A stretch of DNA of 62,020 bases, counting the filler, from Intoshia linei (Eukaryota > Animalia > Orthonectida): the NCBI GenBank assembly GCA_001642005.1. It is 4 parts of 4 records of this genome, joined end to end, with 100 filler letters (N's around TTAATTAATTAA, not from the genome) between each part and the next. Parts side by side here need not be neighbours in the genome. Positions count along the whole stretch, not along the records: positions 1 to 18,848 come from LWCA01000758.1; positions 18,949 to 44,066 come from LWCA01000506.1; 2 more parts are not named here. One strand, written 5' to 3'. The notes beneath the pieces are model-generated. The model searched no databases and was not told the DNA's origin. It saw only the letters and a list, made by a program, of their open reading frames with translations. Numbering within the stretch: the stretch's first letter is position 1; every line of letters begins with the position of its first letter. Positions 13,301 through 23,859 of the stretch are shown piece after piece. The position numbers and the translations under genes are program-made.

Positions 13301-16300
13301 TAATTGAGTTTATTGAGATTATTTTCATTTTTTAAGGACAATTCCGTCATTATTGTATTATCATTGTTTATTATTGTGCTTACTTGTATGGTATCAGATT
13401 TGTGCTTTTCATAATAAGGTTTTCGATATTCAACATAATTATTTGGAATTTTGTTTATTTCAATTAATTTTAAATAATTTAATACTCTATCAAGAGTTGG
13501 GTCTTCTATTGATATTAAATATTGTTGTGATTTAGTATCCTGACATTTCATAATTAATTTTATCATTATTCTATCTTTAATATCGTGGAATTGACAGGTA
13601 TTTCCAATATCATATTTTTTTATGAATTGATCTGTATTTTCCCATTTTTTTTGAAAGCATTGTTGAAATAAAATCTTGTCGATTACCATATTTCTGGTGG
13701 ACCATTTTTGCACTTCAATATTTATTTGTGCCACTGTAACAAGATTCTTTAATTTATGTCTAGCTGCTTTGCCTACTAATTGATTTTTGTATAGATGAAA
13801 ATTTTTTTTCCCTATCTTCATCTAGAAATATTATGTATTCATGAAATAATATTATCCATTGTTACACGTCCACTATCATCAACCAGTTGTGAAGGTTTTT
13901 GAATGATACTTTGATTCATTTTAAAATCGGTTCGTAATGACGAACAATAAAAGATATACCATAAAAGCTTTAATTAACAAGAAAACGATTTTAAGATCGA
14001 TAATATAAAGGTAATTAAAGATCTATTTTGGTATTTATCACTACAGTTTATTTTTTAAATTTGTTTCTAGTTCATTTTTTTTAAATTTTATTGAATTCAT
14101 ATTATGCAATTGAATAAAATTTAAACAATTTTAATTGGGTATTTAGCCAGAATTCTGTAAATTGAATTGTTAAATAAATAATAAAAAATATAAAATTCTT
14201 CCCATCCATCATTCTTGGGAAACACTTTGTAGATTTTATAGCTTAATTGGGTGTATCATTAATGATAGCTAACGTAAGTGACCAACACTCCGCATAATCA
14301 CCTCGTTTATACTTTATACCTTGATATAATAGTTTAAAAGTAAGAGTTATATCAATTTCAGTTAATAAGGTAATACTTGGAGGCAATATTCATTATAATA
14401 TTAATCATCATCGGTGTCATAATAATCTTGAACCTTTTCTACTTGATTCACAGTAATATCTAAAGATGTATTGCTAAATCTTGATTTAGAAATATGATTT
14501 AATAAGATTTCCATAAGGTGATGCCACAGGATGGATGTAGAATTTTACGTTCCGGTAAATCAGTTAAAATTTTAACACTTCCATTATTTTCCGATGTGTT
14601 AGAAATAGTGGAATCGTAACAGCAACCAATTATTTTTGACTATACATATTTATGTAGTATGAATTCAAATAGAAGTTTGTAATCTGTATTTGCAATCATC
14701 AGACCTTTTCCACCATTTACTTTACTATACCCAATACTATCAATTTCATTATCTATATTTTTACATAAAATTATCTGATTTCCTCTCTTCTTCTTCGAAT
14801 AATTGAATATGAAATATATAGGCGAACTGCACCTATCAGCGATACACCTGAAATATATAATATATTATATTATATTTATATATTATTATATTTTATCTCA
14901 ATCAAACTCATTCCATTCCACGACACCGGTATTAAGTATTCTTGTGAATAGCTTCATAATATGTAACTTAAAGTTGTTGCCAATTACATAATTTATAAAA
15001 AATTGAAAAATTGAAAATTGCTAGTTAACGCCTAGTATGTATCTAGTGCAGTGGTTCTCAACCCGTGTTCCGCGAAATTTAAGTGGGGTTGCGTGAAATA
15101 TATATGCTATATTTTTCAATTTAAAGTTTTTCAAAATAAATAAATTTAAAAAATATAAATTGAAAAGTTTTTAAATTAATAAAACCAAAAATCATATTCT
15201 GATATGCTTTTTTAATTAAGATACATACGATCGGTCAACTTAATTAAAATACTTTTTGGTGTTTATTTTATATTATCTTTTTTAGAATTTAAAATTATTT
15301 ATTCTAAGTCAGTTTGTCTGATTTACTATAATGTAATTCTTCATTTTAATATATTCCGTACTTATTTTAATTAAAACAAGTCATAAAATGTTCTTATCGT
15401 TTAGGTATTAACCAGGAAAGATCCAAATTATAATCTTACTTGCATTGACAGCAATTAAGCATAAGAAACGGGTAAAGCTGCCGCGATTTTTTGAAATTTC
15501 ATAAGGGTTCCGCGCAGTAAAAAAGGTTGAGAAACACTGATCTAGTGTATATATTTTATTGGTATATTACTTGAATATATTTTCATATTACATGAATTTC
15601 ATATAAAATACCATGGATACAGATGGTAGTAGTAGTACTTAGTATTAAAGAAAAAAATAAAGTAATTGAAGCTTTTCATTTATTTTATGTTGAAAAATAT
15701 CAAAATAGGGCGTCATTTATAAATAAGATAAAAAGTTCATTAAAGGTTAAAAATACTTTTTTTAATATTTTAAGAGACGTTTAAAAATCGAAATATTAAT
15801 AAAGTAAGCTACACGTAATTTAAAAATTTAAAATATATAGTGGGAAACTGATAATAAGTATGATAGCACGGTTAACCTTAATTACAAAGAAATTTTAGTG
15901 ATTTAGTGAATAAAGGTCAGTTTTAACTTTTATTTTTGTATAAGGTTATAAAAATGACCTGCGATACTTCAAAACGAATTATTATTAAAAATGTTTTCCA
16001 GCATAGTGATTCACTGAATCATCCTAATATATATAAATAATATATATTCATATAAATTATTAATATAGGAAAAGAAATCTATAGGAAAAAGCATTAGCAT
16101 GTTAAATAACTATGTTTATACATGCATTATTCCTTTTTTGAATATATATAGTCATCATTTTTCCACATCAAATTTTCATTACGACAAAATGAAAACAAAT
16201 ACATTATTATATATGTGCATGATATACGAATCCGATGAAAACCCGATTAAAAATGAAAATATAGTACTCACATGTTTTCAAAATTTATTCAGGTATATTT

Positions 16301-17740
16301 GAAATTTTTTGAAAATATTCAAATTTACACATATATAATATTTATCGCCAACACTTTTGTTATGTTTATCTAATATTATTATTTCAGATATATGTCAGAA
16401 CTTTCTAGTGAAAATCTACTTATTTATATTTTATCTCAATTTGAAAAGAAATTGTCTAATAATATGTATTACAAATATGTTCGAGTAATTATTAAAATTT
16501 TGAATTTTAATTACAGTGAAACCTCTATACAATCGAAAGTTGTATAGAGTACCCTTTTGCTTATAATAATATAATATAACTAGCTTGACTGTTATGTACT
16601 ACGTACAAACAGCACCTAGCTTTACCAAGGGCACATTATTATAAAAAAATAATAATATATTCATGATGATGTATAAATTCATGTTGAAAATCTAACTTAA
16701 AAATGATACTACTCACTATTATCAATTCTTTAAAGGAGTGGTTCCCAAATTTGTTTCAGGTGGAACCATCATATCACATTACTTTTTACTTTAAAGTGAA
16801 TTATTCCACTTTAACTTTTGTTGTTTAACATTTGCGTAAAGAACCTTAAAAACAATTTGTTATCCCATTTTTTTAATTTATTAGAAAAAATGTGTGTATA
16901 ATATTAAAAATAAAGTCAAAACAGTCCAATCCTAATAATTGTCATAAATAGCATAAATTCCAAAAAAAATAAAATTATTAAAACCTATTTTTTTATTTAT
17001 AATGTGATGACATATATTCAGTACAAATTTAATAAATACTTAAAAATACCAATTGTGTATCAATAATTAACCGAATCTTCACTTTATAAACATTTCAATC
17101 GAATTTTACCATTATTGCAAAGGATTATAATATAAAAAAGATATTAAGTTATTTTAGTTTCGTCGTTGTTGTTTCTAATTTAAATTTGAAAGTTTTAATA
17201 AAAATGTTTTGAAAATGAGAATTTGAAATTGTAGAATCAATATTTCCATTTGTAATTTTTATTTTAATCGAAATATTTGAAAAATATTGGTTGATAATAT
17301 ATTAAAAATTATTTTTCTCCGGGAATCCGTAGATTTCTGGAGTTGAAATTTTGTATTTATATCAACTGGAATAAGCTTTTTAGAATAATCTTTTTTTTAA
17401 TTTTCTGACAGTTAATTATTTCATATTTTTTGTTTTAATAAAATATTTTGGAAAAAAATATTCAATACATAGTGATTTTTTGACTGTGAACGCGTCACTT
17501 ATAGAGATTGAAATTAGAGTTTACAAATTTTAAGCACAACATTGTGCCGGAAATAAAAATTTTCATGTGTTTAATAGATGATTTATTACGTTTAAATGAG
17601 AACATATTTTATAAAAGTATATGTATTAAGTAATTCACTTCTAGATTTTGCAATTATGGTACTCTAATGAAGATAAAAACTTTTGTCAACATAAATCATT
17701 CATTTTTTTCAATTGCTTGCTAACAAAGCTGAAAAATAAG
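1330..17740 (+). CDS. Unidentified multi-exon protein-coding gene (partial; introns host many TEs)
   Basis: Series of short AG/GT-bounded open segments, e.g. ~2569-2692, ~8072-8340, ~9140-9406, 9651-9802, ~16065-16292, ~16389-16483. No recognisable motif; limits are approximate. Confidence 0.4.
2820..2931. mobile_element. Tiny piggyBac-like MITE
   Basis: TIR CACTATGCGTG / CACGCATAGTG, flanked by TTAA on the left and TAAA on the right. Confidence 0.45.
6580..7938 (+). mobile_element. Non-autonomous Helitron-like repeat (near full copy)
   Basis: Starts a|TCCTTACTTA...TAATATGCTACGC and ends GTGCCCTGGGCA...AACAGTCAATGTAG|t. Homologous to the other copies in the window. Confidence 0.75.
10467..10582 (-). 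repeat. 3' LTR (116 bp)
   Basis: TG...CA termini; diverged direct repeat of 13933-14045. Confidence 0.9.
13933..14045 (-). repeat. 5' LTR (113 bp)
   Basis: Minus strand begins TGTAGTGATA; diverged direct repeat of 10467-10582. Confidence 0.9.
14170..14790 (-). pseudogene. Degenerate hATm-type transposase fragment
   Basis: Manual translation across stops and frameshifts gives KIIGCCYDSTISNTSENNGSVKIL...LHPSC/HHLMEILL...RGDYAE...WMGRILY. This matches the hATm motifs DTTxxNTG, CxHH, RDDY and RWM. Confidence 0.7.
15049..15539. mobile_element. hAT (Charlie/Buster-like) MITE
   Basis: TIR CAGTGGTTCTCAACC / GGTTGAGAAACACTG with a perfect 8-bp TSD ATCTAGTG. Confidence 0.9.
16580..17500 (-). mobile_element. 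Helitron-like repeat copy (3' part)
   Basis: CTAG terminus at 16580; reverse complement of the 6580-7938 family. Confidence 0.75.
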
Positions 17741-18848
17741 GTACGGAAAGTATACAATAAAGATTTTTTTCTAGCACCAATTTTTCCATGAAATTTCTGA
17801 TTGTCTCACTAGCTTATTATGCAGAATTTGTATCATATTAAAAGCCGACATAAAATTTGAATTTAAAAATATTCAAATTAATTGGTATTTTCAATATTAC
17901 AACAAATCTTTAAAGAATAATTGCTCGGATTTGTCTAGGTTAAATTTAATTATTTCGTCATTTTGATTATAAAAATCACCAAAAAAAATTAATTCAATAA
18001 TAAAATCTTAATTGAAAATGCTACTCATTATTAACAATCATTTAAAAAAGTTATTCATAAACTTGAATTCGATGTTAAATTTTAATTTTAAATGAATAAT
18101 TCCCACTTAATTTTATTTGGTTAGCATTTTTGTGTAGAATTTTAAAAACAATTTTGTGATCTTATTTATTAATTTATTAGATATAATGATTGTATATTAG
18201 GGTTTTAAATTTTTCCAAGAACAAAAATACAGGGTAATACAGAATGAGAAAAAAAATTAAGAACGGTGATACTATTCGTTAAGTCTAAATTGTTATAAAC
18301 ATCGGCCTAATAAAAGAAAATTGTTTTCATAAATAAGATTTATAACATTTTGTGTAAATCTCACTTTTTCTAAATACCAAGAATGGCGAGTTATAGAGAG
18401 AATACTACACTTTTACTTAAATTTGAAAAAATTACTTACTGAGTTTTAAAAAAAAATTTTAATACAGTTTTACTAAAAAAAACTAAGCTGAACACACTAG
18501 TCTGAACGTACTGTTAATATAAATATAAAAATCCAGGTTTATATTCATTATAATTTAAAATATAAATTTAAAATGTAAACCTTGGTTGTTATGAAATTGT
18601 AAACGCAAATATATCATAAATCCTATATTTATGATTATAATAATTAATGAAATATATTTAAATATTTGTGCCCTCACCTCACTATATAAACTAAAATTCT
18701 GTAATCCAAATTTAAGCATATCATGTTTGTTTAATTTGAGAAAAAATGACTAGACACCCTAGTAAAATACATAAAAAAATAAATATTTTTTATATACTAA
18801 ATGTAAATTTAATCTCAGTATAACTAGAACTCATCTGTCAAATTATTG

Positions 18849-18948
18849 NNNNNNNNNNNNNNNNNNNNNNNNNNNNNNNNNNNNNNNNNNNNTTAATTAA
18901 TTAANNNNNNNNNNNNNNNNNNNNNNNNNNNNNNNNNNNNNNNNNNNN
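18849..18948. other. Assembly gap with stop-codon linker
   Basis: N run + TTAATTAATTAA + N run, 100 bp total. Confidence 0.98.
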
Positions 18949-19544
18949 AATTATAAGAAACATTGATATTGAATTTTTCTTCCACTTTTTTCGACATCTT
19001 TCAAGAAAAAATTCTACTATTATGTAAAGTTTCAGTTTCAATATAGTTTAATAATGTCGAATTAGCTTTTATGAGTCTTCCAGATCTTTTTAAAGTTGCA
19101 GTAGCACCAGTTTCTTTAAAATTTTTGACTATATTGCTAAGTTTTTTGGGATACACCTATTTTTTTAGCAATTTCCCTACCTGAATAATCCTCTTTGTAA
19201 TAACTAATTATCATACCTCGTTTGAAATCACTTGTACTTTTGACCATGCCGAATAAACGTAATTATATTTGAATATAAATTTAAAATTAAAGTAAGTTTT
19301 TATGTCCAAATTTAAACTTTTGAAAAATGAGTAAATATTTGTTTACATTAAAATATTTCTGTAAATTTAATTAATTAAATTAAGATCATCTAAATCAATT
19401 AAAAATGAAAAAAGGAAAACTATAGTTATAAGAATACGAACGTAGTATTTTATTCTCAAATGATATACATTATTTTGAAATATCTTCATTGAGTCAAAAG
19501 TTACATGCATATTAATAAATGAGTAAAAATTCTTTACTATACTG
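18949..19544 (-). mobile_element. Tc1-like transposon 5' part, truncated by the gap, in a RAD51 intron
   Basis: TA|CAGTATAGTAAAG terminus at 19544. The ORF start MVKSTSDFKRGMIISYYKEDYSGREIAKKI is a Tc1-type HTH. Confidence 0.75.
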
Positions 19545-19577
19545 TATAAGTACGTTTATATTTATAATGATAATTAC

Positions 19578-20014
19578 AATAATCTTATCTGCCTTTGGTT
19601 CACTAATTCCTCTAACACATATAATTTCTTTTTTTGGTGCATATGCCACAGATTCTACAGTATGATAACCACTTTCACGGAGTTTTTTTGTGTCAGATGA
19701 AGTTATACCATTCCCCTAAATATAAAAATTTACCTATAATTATAATTAAAGAAAAGTTCAATTAGGCAATAAAGGCATTACTATGGCAATTAGACTGTAT
19801 TTCAAAAAATTATTAAAATTATGATAAACATTGATAAAATAGTATCACTTCATATACAACGTCCAACTGTAGAAGAATTTGATAATAATTTCCATGAAAA
19901 GTAAATTTCATTATTTATATGTTAAAATGTTACCTCTAATTTACAAACATCCATAGGTCCCATTGGAACATCTTCTTCTAATTCTTTTTGTTCTGTTCCA
20001 TTTTCTTTTGCCAT
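19578..20014 (-). CDS. RAD51: DNA repair recombinase RAD51, first two coding exons (20014-19934, 19715-19578)
   Basis: Spliced translation [73 protein letters not shown] matches the RAD51 N-terminal HhH domain. Introns are GT-AG, phase 0. Confidence 0.92.
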
Positions 20015-20901
20015 AATTTGAATTCAATATAAGTTAGATAACAATTTTGCGCCGAATGGAAATTAAAGTTTTTGTTGTATTATATTCATAACTTAGAAAC
20101 ATTTAATTTTTCAAATTAAAATAAAAATTTTTAATGTACAATACAAAATTAGTCGTGCATAGATTATCATATTCATGCCCCATCATAAAACAACTGCAAG
20201 CGCAATATTGCAATAATTCGAAATTTGAAAAATAATTAATTAATGCAAATAAATAAATTAAATATTATTAGATTTAAAGTATAAAGAATTTTTCAGTAAA
20301 GCCAAGCTCCTTCTCACAGACCGGAGACAAGGAAGATCACTGAACCTTTTGAGAATATTATATATTTAAATTATAATCGTAAATTACTCTGATATGTGTA
20401 TGTAAATTAATTTTCTCTACTTTTAATTCTAATTTTCATCACCTATGTCTCCTCTACATCAAAATGAATGACAATATAATAAAATTTTACTGCACAATTA
20501 ATCGAATCTTTAATTTTTGAGTCAAATATTATATATCCGTAATTTATTTCTTAGTTAATTAACTTAATATACAACATCGCAATTAACAAGTAAGTACTAC
20601 TTACTAACATGTTAATAATAACATGTAAGTAAAATATTAATGAAATATATTGCCATTATTGGGTAAATTATTTTTGATATATTTTTTAATTTTGGATAAC
20701 ATGGTGATGGAATATACACTTTTTGTTTGTTTATAAATTTATTATAAACTATCTAATAAATAATAAAACTAATATTCCTCCAATGAATTTTTTAGTTTTG
20801 CTATACTCTTTGATATTTTTAATTTTAATTAATGCTACTGGTAATTTTAAAAATTTCAATTATAGGGTAGTCGTTGAACCTTATGTTAACAGTACTTGTA
20901 T

Positions 20902-21164
20902 CAGGGGTGTCAATTATGCGGCCCCAGTTATGGAATGTACGGCGTTATAATATAAATTTATATTTTTTCCACATATTTCTTATTTTACAGTTTTTTCATA
21001 TATTTTTCATGATTACAATTGTAATATTATTTTTATCATTTATTCCATTGTTATTGTTTCATATTTCATTAACATGTTAGTTTTAACATAATTTTTTTGT
21101 GTGGCCCGCGTAATAATTTTTTTCCTCACTTGGCCCGCCAATCAAATTGAGTCTGATGCCCTTG
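20902..21164. mobile_element. hAT MITE
   Basis: Ends CAGGGGTGTCA / TGATGCCCTTG, TSD ACTTGTAT/ACTTATAT, subterminal GGCCCG motifs. A second copy lies at 40875-41238. Confidence 0.85.
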
Positions 21165-22370
21165 ACTTATATGAACCATTTTCTAAATATTTGGTATGTT
21201 GGATATTTTTATTCGTTTTTCAATTGTACAATGTACCATATCCACCGGAAATTGGACATAATTGACAATAAATGTCGCATACCAATAATTAACTAATTGA
21301 ATGTAATTCATACTATATAAATTCATTTTAAGATAAAATCATAATGTAACTATAATTATAATTATAGAATATAATGGTAATTTAATAATAACTCATTACT
21401 TTTTAAATAGGTGCCTAATAGACGCTTTTAATACCCATTTTTTTTTAATATTCAATTTTGTACATTGTACAATGTACATACAGTCAACCTGTTACAATAT
21501 GAATATAGCTTAATTTGAACAAAATTAATAAATATTTAATTTTTTGTATACTAAATATATAGATTCTGCATACTAAGGTGTGTCCAAAAACACTTTTTTT
21601 AAACAATGCAAAAGTAGCCAACGGGGAAAGATGAAACTTTTTATTGCAAACAAGATGATGTCCTTCAAATTGTTTAACTCTCAAAAAAACTATTGACTTT
21701 TTGCATTTTAAACTAATCTTTAATACAATTTTTTCAAAACGAACATGAACTTTACAAAAAAAAAAATTGGTGTAGTAACGATGTGAATTCATGCGTATAA
21801 ATAGTATATGTAACATTTGTGAGTATATATAATGTACATGGTTATCACAGTTTATCAGAAAACCTTCTTAATAAAACCCTATTTTACCCAAAAATTCATA
21901 AAAAACAGAATTTATAGGATAGAGGGTTTCTTGGTGTTTTTTTCTAACAATTATGACATTTCAAATACATGATCTTGTTCGCAAGAATTTTTATTATATT
22001 TGTATTTGGCTACTTTTGTGAATTCAGTAAATAGAACTAATTAGCAGTGAAAATAAGATTGATCAATTTTTTTTTTAATTTTAAAGTTTATACGCGATTC
22101 ATTAAATTTGTAAAACCCTGAAGTTTGAAATTGATCTATAATGAATGGGAATTTGAGGATTTAATAAAAATCTGAAAAATAGTAATAAAAAAAATTAATC
22201 CAAAAATTTTTTGACAAAAACAATTAACTTTAAATTTGTAAAGAATGTCGAATAAAATTTTATTTTAATTATTTTTAAAACTTTAGAATTCAGTAAATTT
22301 ATCTAATATCGTTAATATATTTACGGCGTACAATAAATATAAATACATATATGTATGTAGTACATAGAAT

Positions 22371-22635
22371 CAGGACCGTGGAGAGACAGCAGTGTACCCG
22401 GATCAGATGGAAATTGTAGGCCCATAAATTTTTTTTAAATGGGATCTATACAGATTAATTAATTGATAGTACATTATCTAAAAAGTAAAAATGACTAATT
22501 GGACTGTTAATAGAACACTTTTTTATACGATAATTTTGGTATGCTTAAGAAATTTTCCAACATTAAATTAAAAAAGTGGGACCATCATTATTGTATGCCC
22601 GGTTGATATGACCTAAGCCCCTCTCCACGCACCTG
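22371..22635. mobile_element. hAT MITE
   Basis: TIR CAGGACCGTGGAGAG / CTCTCCACGCACCTG; TSD CATAGAAT/CATAGAGT. Confidence 0.8.
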
Positions 22636-22944
22636 CATAGAGTGCAATTAGATAACTAACAAGTATTGAATAATATAATAGTTATCATTCACTTTAAATA
22701 ATTTGTACACTTAATTGTAGGGAATCGTAACTACTCAATTTATAATGTCTATGTTTGGATATACATATGTAATACTAACCATAGTTTATAATATGAATGA
22801 ATTGATAGATTGTAAATATATTTTGAAAAATCAATTTTTCGTTTTTATTAAGAAATGATTATTTTATTGATATTATCAATGATTAATAATGTTTATTATT
22901 ATCATATAAATTATAAGATTAGATGGTATAATTTACTCATATAA

Positions 22945-23560
22945 TCCTTACTTATGTACATTGTAAATTACAATTTGTAATATGCTTTGTTTGTCTGTGT
23001 GTTACTGTTTATTTCAATATCTACCAGTCTTAGAATTTTATAAAGTCCACATTTCAATTATAGTTTTTTCCGGGGTGATAATAAGATTAATTTCAACCTT
23101 CCATACTCATATCTTGCGGGTCAAAAACCTGAATTGTCCTTTTTTTTAAAAATCAAACGAGTTGGAGAATTTATAAAAAGTTACAGATGCTATAGTTGTA
23201 TCCTGTTAACAGACAAAAAAATTCAATCCGAATAAGTGACGACTTCACGATCAAAAAAGCAGTTTAGTATTCATATAAAAAAAGAAAGGTTATTCTGATA
23301 GAGCTTATTCCAGTTGATATAAATACAAAATTTTAATTCCAGAAATCTACGCATTCCCGGTAAAAAAATAATTTTTAATATATTATCAACCAATATTTTT
23401 AAAATATTTTGATTGAAATAAAAATTGAAAATGTAAATATTGATCCTACAATTTAAAGAAAAAGTGCATTGAACGTCTACTCATTTTTTAAATTTCAAAT
23501 TCTTATTATCAAAACATTTTGAATAAATAGAAACTAAATACGAAACTAAAAGTAACATTG
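22945..23560 (+). mobile_element. Helitron-like repeat copy (5' part, internally deleted)
   Basis: Begins ATCCTTACTTAT; homologous to 6580-7938. Confidence 0.7.
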
Positions 23561-23859
23561 AAAAAATTTGAGGTGCCTCTATCGATTGTATCCAGCGGTC
23601 ACAAACTAATTCTATGTCTAGTTCTAATGTCTAATTATAACAAAACTAACAAAATCTAATTAATAGTATTTATTTATTGTTGTTTTTTTGATGAAAAAAG
23701 TGTATTATTGTATTATTTTCTGGCAAAATTCACACAGCCAATTACATTGGAATCATTCATATTAACAACATTTTTTTTGATAAACAACAGTGTACATTTA
23801 TTTTAGAACGTAGATAACAAAAATTTAATTATGTGGGATTTGACTAGTTATTTAATAAA

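Larger units (their letters stand above)
10467..14045 (-). mobile_element. Ty3/Gypsy LTR retrotransposon, structurally complete but coding-decayed
   Basis: LTRs at 10467-10582 and 13933-14045; 5-bp TSD GTTTA at 10462-10466 and 14046-14050. PPT AGTGTGGGAGG abuts the 3' LTR. Domain order is gag (13300-13821), RT (YLDD ~12505), RNase H (CDASNVGVGAVL), integrase (10601-11587; H...CxxC, WQVDILGP, NGLVERMNR). Confidence 0.95.
10216..14800 (-). mobile_element. hATm-like DNA transposon remnant, interrupted by the Gypsy insertion
   Basis: Terminus TTGGGTGTAACA at 10216 resembles TAGGGTG hATm ends. Flanks 10250-10466 and 14046-14100 match an uninterrupted inverted copy at ~47950-48220. Confidence 0.6.

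Noticed and set aside
18849-18948. Palindromic TTAATTAATTAA inside N runs (also at 44067 and 60504)
   Set aside because: Identical 100-bp artificial six-frame stop linkers from assembly, not biology.
20270-20350. GC-richer island upstream of RAD51 (possible small RNA or exon)
   Set aside because: No match to snRNA/tRNA motifs I recognise and no coherent gene model.
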